Made by a program: the position numbers and the translations under genes
NCBI GenBank assembly: GCA_051532055.1
Contig: JAOPTX010000003.1
Span: forward strand, 1 to 64,000
DNA length: 64,000 bases
DNA from: Fibrobacterales bacterium
GTDB lineage: Bacteria; Fibrobacterota; Fibrobacteria; Fibrobacterales; JAOPTW01
Direction of reading: 5' to 3'
The notes under the pieces: generated by a model
Databases searched by the model: none
Seen by the model: only the letters and a program-made list of their open reading frames with translations
Told to the model about the DNA's origin: nothing
Part shown: in pieces, positions 49,491 to 59,886 of the stretch
Layout: the number at the start of each line of letters is the position of its first letter
How positions within the stretch are numbered: position 1 is the stretch's first letter

Positions 49491-49975
49491 ATTAATCCTT
49501 GAAACTTTTAGTGAATACTTGTGTATCTCCGCCGCTGCTTCACTATTAACAGTGACGGATTAAAATTCTTACTTTTGTATATCAAGAGATGTAACAATGA
49601 GTAACTGAATTTTTTGTATGTCAATAAATATACAAAACAATAATGAAATAAAAGGTTTTATTGTGTGAATTTATTGAAAAATGTCATTTTTTTTTGGTTT
49701 TTTTAGAATTCATAAATAAAATCAAGGAAAATGAGGTTGTAAGTTCTGTCAGAGAAGTATTTCAAGGCCTCCGCATGTATGAGTCAAGACTCCTTTTTAT
49801 TTGTGCAAACAGTATGAGTGTAAGTTATAGCAGTTTTTGCGAGTTAAAATTCTGAATTGAACAATGACGATCATGTTTCTGCTGTGATACTCTCAGTCTC
49901 TATAGACTTACGGATAATCTAATGAAGATATTACTTTAGTGTCTTTATGTTTTGTATATAAATAAAAATTCACTT

Positions 49976-50383
49976 TTAATAATCAATCCGACCACGGAGT
50001 CCCTTGGTTTTACTCCGTTCTGTTTTTTTATCCATTCTTCTCTGTTTTGAGCCGTAGGTTGCTTTCGTTGGTCTTCGGTTCTTTTGAGTTACCATAACTG
50101 AAGCAATAAGTTCTTTGAGGCGGTGCATTGCCTCTTCTCGGTTTTTCTCTTGAGTTCGATGCTGTTGAGACTTTATAATAATGCTGCCGGTTTTAGTAAT
50201 GCGGCTATCGGAGAGCTTTAATAACCTCTGTTTATAAAGTTCAGGAAGTTTTGATCTGCGAATGTCATAACGGAGATGGATAGCGCTTGCTACTTTGTTT
50301 ACATTTTGACCGCCTGACCCTTGTGAACGGATTGCAGTGATTTCGACCTCCCAGTCGGCGATATCTATTGAGTTGTGATTCAT
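49976..50383 (-). CDS. arfB: Alternative ribosome rescue factor B
   Basis: GSGGQNVNKV, RTQEKNR, basic tail RRPTKAT...K..R; start ATG 50383. Confidence 0.93.
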   Translation of the reverse strand: MNHNSIDIADWEVEITAIRSQGSGGQNVNKVASAIHLRYDIRRSKLPELYKQRLLKLSDSRITKTGSIIIKSQQHRTQEKNREEAMHRLKELIASVMVTQKNRRPTKATYGSKQRRMDKKTERSKTKGLRGRIDY

Positions 50384-50479
50384 AGATATAATATAGTTAT
50401 TGAGGTCTAAGTTGTACTTACTATTATAATGACATAGGGTGTTTGAAAACGGGGGAGTATTACCCACTTTTTTCCAGAG

Positions 50480-50501
50480 ATATACCTGAATTCAGGTATA
50501 T
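50480..50501. promoter_or_regulatory. Perfect 22-bp palindrome, putative operator
   Basis: ATATACCTGAATTCAGGTATAT between divergent genes. Confidence 0.5.
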
Positions 50502-50555
50502 GCGCTTACTTTAATTAAAGCTATATTTAATGCATAATCAGTACTATGGAATACC

Positions 50556-50888
50556 ATGACCTATATCGACAATAAGTTTTACCAATCAGTATTATGTTCA
50601 CTTTTTAATTGTGCACCTGGGGAAGATCCTTTTGGGATAGCTTTAGAAGAAGTGAGCTTCGCTGCTGAAAAAGGTGATCTACACAATTTTCGATTTGGAA
50701 TGGCGGCAGCTTTAAAGCGTATGGCTCACTTACTAAAGAATGACACCGGACTTGAGAATGATTACAATATGTCGCTTATATATGCCCGTGAAATTATCTC
50801 AAATAATGCAATTAATTATGAAAGGCTTCATCAAATTCTTATGATAATGGGGCCAGTTTCCAGTAAAATTCAAGCTGAAGTGGTATAA
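50556..50888 (+). CDS. Hypothetical protein
   Basis: 110-aa ORF filling the gap between flanking genes; GGA RBS. Confidence 0.6.
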   Translation: MTYIDNKFYQSVLCSLFNCAPGEDPFGIALEEVSFAAEKGDLHNFRFGMAAALKRMAHLLKNDTGLENDYNMSLIYAREIISNNAINYERLHQILMIMGPVSSKIQAEVV

Positions 50889-50923
50889 GGCGAGACTTAA
50901 AGTTTTCGAGTCAACTATCCTTT

Positions 50924-51520
50924 TTATTTTTTTAAAACCCAGGTTGTCATACAACGCAAATTATCCACATTGGTCGTTTTAATAGGGTCGATGAGTGTCG
51001 CACCTAATTGGAGAGTTACCTCTTTTAATTGCTCTATAGAACTAAGATAGCGGGTAGATCCATCGGGAAGTGAAAATCGGTCATTGCCAAGAGGTGTAAT
51101 TAAATCCTCAATTCCTTGTGTTGTCGCGAGGCGTGTAAATAGAATCCCTTCTGGATTGAGCACCCTCCATAGTTCATGTAACATAGCTTTAAAATGTGTA
51201 GCATTCTTTGCAAAATGAAGAACTGCACTACAGATAATAGCGTCAAATTGGCTGTCATAGTAGGGGAGTTTGTCCAATGTTCCTGTTGTAAGGTTACTTT
51301 GAGCAATATGTGGATTAGTTTTCTTGCATTCTTCAATGGCTGAACTGTTTTGATCAATTCCCCATACGCTGTCAATATGATTACTCAAAAAGTGCAGGTT
51401 ACGTCCTCTACCACATCCAGCATCAAGGAGTGAAGTTACTGAATCAAAACGGCCTCGAACAATTTGATCAAAGAGATAGATGTCTATACCTCCGAATTGT
51501 GTTTCAAGATCTTTTTTCAT
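50924..51520 (-). CDS. Class I SAM-dependent methyltransferase
   Basis: LLDAGCGRGRN, FDAIICSAVLHF, LWRVLNPEG. Confidence 0.9.
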   Translation of the reverse strand: MKKDLETQFGGIDIYLFDQIVRGRFDSVTSLLDAGCGRGRNLHFLSNHIDSVWGIDQNSSAIEECKKTNPHIAQSNLTTGTLDKLPYYDSQFDAIICSAVLHFAKNATHFKAMLHELWRVLNPEGILFTRLATTQGIEDLITPLGNDRFSLPDGSTRYLSSIEQLKEVTLQLGATLIDPIKTTNVDNLRCMTTWVLKK

Positions 51521-52647
51521 TATGTTGCCTCAGAAAAAAGCTCTGAAATAGATGGCTTCTTATTTAATTGGGGCATGTTACTCCATTTGTTTTTCATACG
51601 AGAAACAATAACAGCTTTGAGCCACTCTGCATCATGACGGTTAAAGAGTAGCGCGCTTCGAGTGGGGGAAAATACTCTGGGGCCTGCAGGGAGTGTATAG
51701 GTCGTAGTATCACGGGTGGTTATTCTGAGGACTACATGGTTTGCACTTTTTTCTGTCTCGATTCCCTCAACTGATACCCCCAAGATATCTCGATACGGTA
51801 TAGAGTATTTGTAGTTACTCAAGGGTGACAAAAGTGAATGTCCTGTTAAGCTTGTAGGTGAAAGGGTCAGTTGTAATTGATATTTTTTAAGATACAGGAG
51901 TGCTACAAGAGGGAGGCTACCGGCCACAATTCCTATAGGTCCAGCGATGAGGGCACCTAAAAAGAAGGTGGTTGCAAAGGCCATAAAAAAACGGTGTATA
52001 AGTCTCCAATGGTGGTTTGTTAGTATGAGGGTGTCTGACACCGATGATTGAGTAAATGCACTTTTGGGAAAGTAGCGTGAGTGAGGTTCTACATTTTGAA
52101 TTGATGGTATTTCACTCCAGTTTAGAATGGGAAGTGAGAGATCAATGCTGATTTCATTAAGAAGTGCGTCATCAGGTTTTTTTGATTCTATAAGGAGGGC
52201 AAGGTCACTATTGGCACTTTGACCATGTTTGAGTATATAGGTCGTCTTATAGTGAGTTACTGTTTCCGCCTTTCCATTTACACCTCGTTTTTGCGTTGAA
52301 CTTCTTTCAGATTTTTTTGCTGCCACGCCCCAAAATTGTTTAATTGAAAATTTTTTAGAAGAAAGAGTGATACCAATAATTTTTTTGGTAACGGTAATAG
52401 AGTCATTGATATATTTGACCTTCTGCCGACCATAAAGATCAAAAAGGAGAAGTGCTCCTGGTATTCCACCCATGATAAGAGCGAAAATTAAAAAAATAAG
52501 AAATCCTATAGGATCAACCGACCCTGTGTCGGAATCCTTTAGCAGAACTATTAAAATCCCGAGTATGATTAAAGGAAATACAGGAAGAACAAATCGAGCA
52601 GGCCCGAGGTCTATGAGTCTGCGTATATAAGTGCTATTCATTCTCAT
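51520..52647 (-). CDS. Hypothetical membrane protein
   Basis: Two pairs of TM helices, each followed by a beta-rich soluble segment; stop overlaps the next start. Confidence 0.65.
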   Translation of the reverse strand: MRMNSTYIRRLIDLGPARFVLPVFPLIILGILIVLLKDSDTGSVDPIGFLIFLIFALIMGGIPGALLLFDLYGRQKVKYINDSITVTKKIIGITLSSKKFSIKQFWGVAAKKSERSSTQKRGVNGKAETVTHYKTTYILKHGQSANSDLALLIESKKPDDALLNEISIDLSLPILNWSEIPSIQNVEPHSRYFPKSAFTQSSVSDTLILTNHHWRLIHRFFMAFATTFFLGALIAGPIGIVAGSLPLVALLYLKKYQLQLTLSPTSLTGHSLLSPLSNYKYSIPYRDILGVSVEGIETEKSANHVVLRITTRDTTTYTLPAGPRVFSPTRSALLFNRHDAEWLKAVIVSRMKNKWSNMPQLNKKPSISELFSEAT

Positions 52648-52713
52648 TTCTTTAGAAAAATACTGAATTAAATATAACACTTGAAACAGTGGGGAGGGTT
52701 GGCTTTCTTTCGA

Positions 52714-54453
52714 TTAACGCCCGGCAGCCCACTCAATACCGGCAATTATATGAGCTCTCCAGGTAGGGTCATCTATTGTCCACTTATTGTGTCCTGCACC
52801 AATATACCACATTCTTCCTTTGCGAAGGGTGTGTCTCCACGATACGGGGTGGCCAGTATCAAAGTCAGTGTGCCCAACATTGGCGGTTGCACTCGTTAAT
52901 ATTTCAATGCCATCGTCAGGGAGGTTGTCGTAAGTCACTCCCCGTGGGTCTTGAGACATTTGATAAAATTCATCATCCCACACTAGGGAGTCATGAATCA
53001 TTACGGTAAGATCACTAAACACATCTTTATGAATATCAGCCTCACCATTCAATACTTTATCAAACACTTTATCGCCACCAAGGCTTATTTCACGAGCACC
53101 AAGGAGAGTGTCTACAAACCAAACCCAGGCGTGATCCCAATATGTTGGTCCCCAACTACTCCATGCTGCTCCATGGAAACCAGCAAATCCCCCTCCATTA
53201 TGAATATAGTCCTCAAATACTTTCTGTTCATCGAGTGTGAGGAGAGTATCATCTGCACAATTGTTGTTCCAAAGAACGAGATCGAATGTATCAAGGCTAC
53301 CAGTAATGAATAAATCACTGTTATCTGTAACGGTAATATTCCAAGGACGATAGTTAGAAATGTCATCAATTGCAGAAACCATGTAGTCTATTGCGTCATG
53401 AGAAAATCCTGCTATTTTGTTGAATACAAGTATATTTATAGGAGTAATGGTAAGATCCTGTATAATAACATCTTTAAACCGTATCTGCATTTTATCATGA
53501 GTATGAATTTGTAGAGCTATGTGGCCTGTCGTTCCTACATTTAGGTTTTCGTGATTTTCATCATCAAAGATCCCACCGCCATTATAGTTGGTTATGGTGT
53601 CTCCATTTTGAATGGTGATAATGTGGAGGCCTTTTACAATAACCTCTAAGTCATTCCATGCAGGAGTTTCATCACTCCAGTATGGTGTTGTATCAGTAGA
53701 GTCGAAACTAAGCCACTTTTGATTATTTCTTGTTTCATCCCAAATACTGCCGTTTCTACCTGTAAATCCTATGTCTATTTGAGGTCCGTTAAGCCAGCCG
53801 CCGTTGTCATCGTTATCATACCTACTGCGCACTTGAACTCCGCTATTGGCGTAGTTTCCACGATCACCTTGAAACTTAAGCTTCAAATGGAAGTCAGTAT
53901 ACTCTTTTTCGCTATAGAGCCAAACGTAGTCATGATCGGTGTCATATGCGTCAGCAACGATGCTGCCATTTTCTACTTTGAAGTAATTCTTGTTCACATC
54001 AGTAACATGGGCCTTAATGACCCAGTTGCTTAAATCCTCACCGTTAAAGAGAGAGATCCATTTGAGATCCAAGTCTGCGCTACTCAATGGTTCAGAGCTG
54101 CTAGTGAGTTCTACAGATGAAATTATTACATCTGTTTCGGAACTGAGGGTGTTGGATAGAGGGGGATCAATTTGAGATGAAGACCGTGATGATTTGTTTG
54201 AACTTATATCTGAGAATAGGGATGATGAATAATTGTATTGAGATGAGGTGACTGATTCTATTGGGCTGCTTTGGGTTGAGCTTGAGAGGGATAGAGTTAT
54301 TCGTTCTTCTGACGAACTATTCGACGACTCACTTATAGAATCAGAGCTTGAATTATTATGGGTATCTGTTTCAGGAGGGAGATTTGTACTACACCTAATG
54401 ATTGAAAGTAAAATGACTAATAAGAGAATGTAGTTTTTGCTGAAAATACTCAT
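52714..54453 (-). CDS. Putative lipoprotein: Ser linker, DUF1080 domain and ThuA-like domain
   Basis: WISLFNGEDLSNW, NSGVQVR, GHIALQIH (DUF1080); GFSHDAI, GGGFAGFHGA, DEFY, GRMWY..GH (ThuA). Confidence 0.85.
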   Translation of the reverse strand: MSIFSKNYILLLVILLSIIRCSTNLPPETDTHNNSSSDSISESSNSSSEERITLSLSSSTQSSPIESVTSSQYNYSSSLFSDISSNKSSRSSSQIDPPLSNTLSSETDVIISSVELTSSSEPLSSADLDLKWISLFNGEDLSNWVIKAHVTDVNKNYFKVENGSIVADAYDTDHDYVWLYSEKEYTDFHLKLKFQGDRGNYANSGVQVRSRYDNDDNGGWLNGPQIDIGFTGRNGSIWDETRNNQKWLSFDSTDTTPYWSDETPAWNDLEVIVKGLHIITIQNGDTITNYNGGGIFDDENHENLNVGTTGHIALQIHTHDKMQIRFKDVIIQDLTITPINILVFNKIAGFSHDAIDYMVSAIDDISNYRPWNITVTDNSDLFITGSLDTFDLVLWNNNCADDTLLTLDEQKVFEDYIHNGGGFAGFHGAAWSSWGPTYWDHAWVWFVDTLLGAREISLGGDKVFDKVLNGEADIHKDVFSDLTVMIHDSLVWDDEFYQMSQDPRGVTYDNLPDDGIEILTSATANVGHTDFDTGHPVSWRHTLRKGRMWYIGAGHNKWTIDDPTWRAHIIAGIEWAAGR

Positions 54454-54627
54454 TGTGTGTCCATCTGTTCGTATATACAATAAATTTAATTTATGAGGGT
54501 TAAAAGTAGATAGATCTTTCTAAGCAATCACAACTATGGATAAACAAGTGTTGATTATAGGTAGTTTTCTGGATCAACACTTATTGAGGGTTGTCCACCC
54601 AAAGTATCATTGGATTGAGAAATTGAG

Positions 54628-55194
54628 TTAATATCCCAACAAATTTACTGACATGGCTAATCCCGCATAGATCTGTTGCTTTGGACTCAGTTCTCCTGAC
54701 TTGATGTAGCCAAGTATTACGTTGATTTCAAAAGAGAAATGAGAAATGAGTTCTCTACCATATCCAGCATTGAGTGCGATTCCATAATCAGGATCAGCGG
54801 GTGTAACCCCTTTGATAATATAGCTGTCATAACTGTTAATGAGAGGGCCAACTCCAGCAAACCAAAAGTTTGATTGAGAATCAGAATTACTCCATTGTTG
54901 GTAATTTAGGCTAGTGTATGTGAAAGTTGTTTGCCCATTATGGGCGAAGGTTGTTTGAAATCCAGCCCCATAAAGTAAGACTGCTTGTGTATTGCTCCAT
55001 GCAAACCCAATTTTCGAGGGAATGTACGGTGTGGATGACATTGAACGTTCATTTTCATTTTCCTGAATATCAAGTTTTACAAAGGTGTTGGCCACAGCCC
55101 CTGTTCCAATACCGATTAAAAACCCTTGTCGGTCACCATCAAATGAAAATGAGATAGAAATGAGTATTGAAATAAGTAATAGTATATGCTTCAA
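54628..55194 (-). CDS. Putative outer-membrane beta-barrel protein
   Basis: TTG start with GAGG RBS; signal peptide; amphipathic strands ending in Tyr. Confidence 0.6.
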   Translation of the reverse strand: MKHILLLISILISISFSFDGDRQGFLIGIGTGAVANTFVKLDIQENENERSMSSTPYIPSKIGFAWSNTQAVLLYGAGFQTTFAHNGQTTFTYTSLNYQQWSNSDSQSNFWFAGVGPLINSYDSYIIKGVTPADPDYGIALNAGYGRELISHFSFEINVILGYIKSGELSPKQQIYAGLAMSVNLLGY

Positions 55195-55438
55195 ATGAGG
55201 TCCTCAAATAGTTTGGTCTCGTTATACAAAATAACAATTACTCGTCGAACCTGTTTTGAATTATCGGAAGTGGTATTAAAAATAGAGAGTGCTTATGGTG
55301 TAATTGAATAGTTATTGCTTAATGGTAATGGTAATGGTAGGTATTAACTGACTTTTAGAATCATAAGATATTTTACAACTCCTTGTAATTGATTGAGGAT
55401 TATGTATCATTATAATGCACTTCTGGAGAATCGTTATT

Positions 55439-55864
55439 ATGACTACTGTATTGTCAATTGCACTTATGTTAATTTTATTAATTGTCGCCCTTATCCATTG
55501 TTACTGGGCCTTTGGTGGCAATTGGGCAATTGAGTCGACAATACCATCTAAAAATGGCATTCCTCTTTTTAAACCAGGTGTTGGGGGGACTCTTTTTGTA
55601 GCAATTATACTCGTCGGAATATCATTGGCTCTCCTAATGAACGCTCAACTTTTCTTTATTGCTCAAATAGAAAGTAGCTATGTATCCTGTTTTTTAACGG
55701 TGATAAGCATTGTTTTTATTATTCGTTCAATAGGAGACTTTAGATACGTTGGTTTCTTTAAAAAGGTAACAAGTAGTTCATTTGCTTTTTGGGATTCACG
55801 GTTCTTTTCGCCTGCCTTTATGATAATGGGTTTATGTATTGGTTACGTTGCTTATTTTGGGTAG
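55439..55864 (+). CDS. DUF3995-like membrane protein
   Basis: IHCYWAFGG.W, RSIGDFRYVGFFK, D..FFSP. Confidence 0.8.
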   Translation: MTTVLSIALMLILLIVALIHCYWAFGGNWAIESTIPSKNGIPLFKPGVGGTLFVAIILVGISLALLMNAQLFFIAQIESSYVSCFLTVISIVFIIRSIGDFRYVGFFKKVTSSSFAFWDSRFFSPAFMIMGLCIGYVAYFG

Positions 55865-56112
55865 TCTGTTTTAGAGCCGAGATGCAATAAGGCATCTTAA
55901 AAGACATAACTATGATCATTTTATATCGTTATTCGCTCAATAGTTATGACTATGTAACAAGGGCAAAGGTGTTAAGGATCATAAATACCTAAAATTACTA
56001 AAATTCTACTATACTCTCTAGAAAATTAAAACTATATTAGTCTTGGGGCTCAATTCAATAATTTGAATAGTTTATTTATTATCTACCGCTACACACGGTA
56101 TCTGGGGAAATA

Positions 56113-58476
56113 ATGGCACGCTTAAAAAGCCTGTGTTTTGTAATTATGTGTACTGTATCAGCTTTTGCAGATTTCACTATTGTCACTCAACCTAATATTC
56201 CAAGTCTAGATTGGGCACCTGAAAATCAACAATCAAATGATGCGTTATATTCTGTGATTAATTTTAAAGATTCACTAAATGTACAGTTTGTAGTTTCTCT
56301 TGGAGACTATACTGATGGTGGATATGATTCAACAAGTTCTCATGAAAGCTGGTCTATTGCTCGGCACTTTATTGATACCATAATGAATGCTCATATACCT
56401 TACGCAGTAGCTGCAGGGAATCACGATATGGATAGTGTTCCCGCAATGGGTCTTCCTCTTCCTTTCGAAAGGTTTAAAGAGTATTTTCCTATTTCTGATT
56501 TTGAGAGTGAGCCCTATTTTGGTGGGGCATTTCAAAACATGTCAAATAGCTATTATCTTTTTACTGCGGATAGTATGGATTTTATAATTCTATCCCTTCA
56601 AAATAATCACGAAAGCGCTTATGATCGGACTGTAGCTGATTGGGCTAACAGCGTACTTGACTCTCATTCACATAGAAGAGCTATTATACTTACCCATTTT
56701 TTAGATACACAAAGTAACTATATGTCTCAAATAATTAAGAAGCACGACAATATCTTTTTAACACTTGCTGGTCATGATTGTTCGGAAGATAGGGAACAAC
56801 TTTGGTTATCTAATACGCCCTCAGGTAACCCTATCTATAATATTCGTGCAGAATATGAGTGTGATGATGAAATAGAGGGAATCCCTTTACGGTATTATAC
56901 GTTTAAACCAAATGAAAATAGTATTGAAGCGTATACTTACAATACAAAAGACTCGTTACTGCTGGATGATGCTGATTATCATTTTTCCCTTGAGTATGAT
57001 ATGTCATTAAAAAGTATCCCCACTATTTCAAAAGTTCTTCAGTATCCACAGCTCGCACGTAGAGATAGTAGTGTTGAGGTGTCTACATGGGTTACTGGCG
57101 CTATTGATAGTGTTCTAGTATCTATCCATTGGGGGCTGTCTTCTGGTAATTTAAATCAAACTATTGCCATGGTTAATGATGGTCAATGCTTTAAAGGTTC
57201 CATTCCAGGTCAACCTTTAGGCAGGACTATCTATTATACTACAGAAGCAATTGATGATAATGGAGACCGAGGGGTATCTGAGGAATACAGCGTAACCATT
57301 GAGCCGATATTGTACACATGGAATTCATGGAATATCAGAATGAGTGAAGAAGATAGGGCACAAGGCATAATGGGGACGGGAACAGACAAAGCGGTTATGG
57401 AGTTTTATGAAAGTGCAGATGATGATGGTGTAGAAAAATCCTATCTCTATTTTAGGTATTTCCCTGTTACTCACGGGCAAGCTTTTAATGAAGTGCAAAA
57501 ATTTTGGACTCCTGCCGGTGATTATCCTTATGCGGGAATTAGTCTTACGCCGCGTCAAGGAGAGGAACCTAAGCCTCATGGAGTGTTAGACTTTCAGATG
57601 CACCCCCCATCAAATCATCATTTAGCAGTGAGCTCATTTATTGTCCCTAAGAATGGTATATATATGGTTTCAAATCTGGGAATTAGGCGGGTTTATGATG
57701 ATGGTGAAAATTCAGTTTCTCTCCTCTTAATTAATAATGAAGTAGAAACTATTTCTCGGGTTTCTTCAACTGATCCTGAGTGGACCTATGATAATACGGT
57801 TTATGACTTAGGGGTATTACTGGAGGGAGATACATTCTTTTTTGCTGTAGATAATGATGATATATATGACCATGATGCGGCTGAAGTGAGTTGGTCCATT
57901 CACCTTATTGGTTCTGAAGAAGAAATTGATGACCTGAGCCATGAGACGAGCAGTGACGATTATAGCTCTTCTAGTAAAGTGGGGGAAAGCTCTATTGTAA
58001 GAGAGTCGAGTTCATCTAACAAAACAGAAAGTAGCTTTTTGAGTAGTTCGAGCTTAGGTTTAAGCAGTGATACAGAAGAATCAAGTCAAGTAGAAAAATC
58101 AAGTAATGAAGCAGAGTCAAGTTACGAAGAACAATTAAGTGAGGTTGAAGAATCAAGTTACGATGAAGGGGCTTGGTATAGCTCGAGTAGTAGTGAAGGT
58201 ACTGCTGAAGTAATCGATGAAGAAGATAAATCAGTCCCCATTCATATTAGTTTTTCTCCTTATAGTGAGCATTTTCACTATTCATCATCCGATAAAATTA
58301 TTCACCTAATTGCTCCTGAAAATATTCGGGCTATTTTGATTGTTGGAATTGATGGGACGGTGCAGTCTCTGTATGGTGATCATATCGATTTATCTCAATT
58401 TACAATGAGTGCACGGTATCTTTTAATCGAAACAACTAAGAATAGGCATTTTGTATACTCTCTTCTCTCAGAGTAG
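56113..58476 (+). CDS. Secreted calcineurin-like metallophosphoesterase with accessory domains
   Basis: LGD..D, GNHD, TH and GH motifs; Ser/Glu linker; short C-terminal domain. Confidence 0.8.
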   Translation: MARLKSLCFVIMCTVSAFADFTIVTQPNIPSLDWAPENQQSNDALYSVINFKDSLNVQFVVSLGDYTDGGYDSTSSHESWSIARHFIDTIMNAHIPYAVAAGNHDMDSVPAMGLPLPFERFKEYFPISDFESEPYFGGAFQNMSNSYYLFTADSMDFIILSLQNNHESAYDRTVADWANSVLDSHSHRRAIILTHFLDTQSNYMSQIIKKHDNIFLTLAGHDCSEDREQLWLSNTPSGNPIYNIRAEYECDDEIEGIPLRYYTFKPNENSIEAYTYNTKDSLLLDDADYHFSLEYDMSLKSIPTISKVLQYPQLARRDSSVEVSTWVTGAIDSVLVSIHWGLSSGNLNQTIAMVNDGQCFKGSIPGQPLGRTIYYTTEAIDDNGDRGVSEEYSVTIEPILYTWNSWNIRMSEEDRAQGIMGTGTDKAVMEFYESADDDGVEKSYLYFRYFPVTHGQAFNEVQKFWTPAGDYPYAGISLTPRQGEEPKPHGVLDFQMHPPSNHHLAVSSFIVPKNGIYMVSNLGIRRVYDDGENSVSLLLINNEVETISRVSSTDPEWTYDNTVYDLGVLLEGDTFFFAVDNDDIYDHDAAEVSWSIHLIGSEEEIDDLSHETSSDDYSSSSKVGESSIVRESSSSNKTESSFLSSSSLGLSSDTEESSQVEKSSNEAESSYEEQLSEVEESSYDEGAWYSSSSSEGTAEVIDEEDKSVPIHISFSPYSEHFHYSSSDKIIHLIAPENIRAILIVGIDGTVQSLYGDHIDLSQFTMSARYLLIETTKNRHFVYSLLSE

Positions 58477-58500
58477 TGTATTAAAAAGAATGAGTATTTG

Positions 58501-58541
58501 TAGCCAATAACACGAGATATCAATGTCGTGTTATTGGACTA
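58501..58541 (+). terminator. Terminator-like hairpin
   Basis: CCAATAACACGA...TCGTGTTATTGG after the CDS; weak U tract. Confidence 0.55.
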
Positions 58542-58674
58542 TTCAAGTCGTTATAACCCATAATAGTCGGCAATAGCTAAGCTTATGAGCTATCTTTGTA
58601 TTATTCTATGCATATAACTGCACAATACTGTGCTTTCATATATGGGTGAATTCTTTTGTTAGAGGAGATGATCG

Positions 58675-59739
58675 GTGAGTGAAACAAGAAATGATAGTGT
58701 AGAGGTACCTCAGAGCAATATAACTGATGCTGTATTGTTGGCTCGTGCAGTGGGAAATATTGCTGGATGTGTCGAACACTCTATACTTCACACTTCTGAA
58801 AATAACGCACTCATAGTATATGATACTGATAGTTCTCTGTCTCAATTACTCTGTAAAGCATACCAAGAGGTACTACCAAATGCTCAGTATGTTGACTTTA
58901 ATACTACTGATAAGAGTACTATCCTATCCATTTTTGAATCCCTCACTGAAAATGATTTTGTCGTACTCATACAAACAAGTAATTTTAGACTTAATGAGTT
59001 CCGTATTCGAATTAATCTTTTTGCTAAAGGTATTAAAGTAATAGAATATATACAGCTCAGACGTTTGTCTGGTAAACATGCTGAGTGGTTTATCGACTCA
59101 TTAGAATATGACAAAGAGTACTATCACTCCGTTGGGCGTGGCTTGAAAGAGATTATTGATAATGCTCCCGATGGTTTTGTAGATAGCGGGGGAGAGGTGC
59201 TCACCTTTAAATCTTCATTTGAACCCACAACCCTTAATATTGGTGATTACCGAACAATGAAAAATGTTGGTGGGCTTTTTCCTATTGGCGAAGTATTTAC
59301 TGAATCAAAAGTACTTGAAGACGTCGCTGGTCGTGCAAAGGTCTTTCTTTTTGCAAGTGTTACCTTTGAAGTGACAGTCCCAGAAAAGCCGATAATTTTA
59401 ATTATTGAAGGGGGGCGTGTCGTTGGAGTTGAGAATTCTACACCAGAATTTGACGAGGTACTTGCGATGATTACTGAACATGAAGGCGAAGTATGGGTGC
59501 GTGAAATTGGCTTGGGACTTAATCGTGCCTTTACCAAGGAGCGTATTGTACCCAGTATCGGTACATATGAACGCATGTGTGGTCTACATTTATCTCTTGG
59601 TAAAAAGCATACAATCTATAATAAAACAGCTTATTTTAGACGTAAAGATACGCGCTATCATATCGATGTCTTTGTGGACACACAAGATGTTGTCTTTGGT
59701 GGACGCTCTGTATTTAAAGATGGTGAGTGGGTAATCTAA
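58675..59739 (+). CDS. M29/aminopeptidase T-like metallo-fold protein
   Basis: PIGEVF, EIGLGLN, ER..GLHLSLG, HIDVF. Confidence 0.65.
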   Translation: MSETRNDSVEVPQSNITDAVLLARAVGNIAGCVEHSILHTSENNALIVYDTDSSLSQLLCKAYQEVLPNAQYVDFNTTDKSTILSIFESLTENDFVVLIQTSNFRLNEFRIRINLFAKGIKVIEYIQLRRLSGKHAEWFIDSLEYDKEYYHSVGRGLKEIIDNAPDGFVDSGGEVLTFKSSFEPTTLNIGDYRTMKNVGGLFPIGEVFTESKVLEDVAGRAKVFLFASVTFEVTVPEKPIILIIEGGRVVGVENSTPEFDEVLAMITEHEGEVWVREIGLGLNRAFTKERIVPSIGTYERMCGLHLSLGKKHTIYNKTAYFRRKDTRYHIDVFVDTQDVVFGGRSVFKDGEWVI

Positions 59740-59886
59740 ACCACCTTCAAACACAGAATGGCAAGGGCGCACTACTTCTTGCATAACTGTTTAAATATCG
59801 TATAATAGGTTATATCTGCATTTTTTTTGAATTGAAATACTGTTAGATAGATGAGAGATTATTTAGACGTGTTGGAGTTGGGCGCT

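Noticed and set aside
49661..49855. 64-aa ORF upstream of csp
   Set aside because: TTG start in AT-rich promoter DNA; no RBS or motif
55320..55338. (TAATGG)x3 tandem repeat
   Set aside because: Too short to imply phase variation or an array
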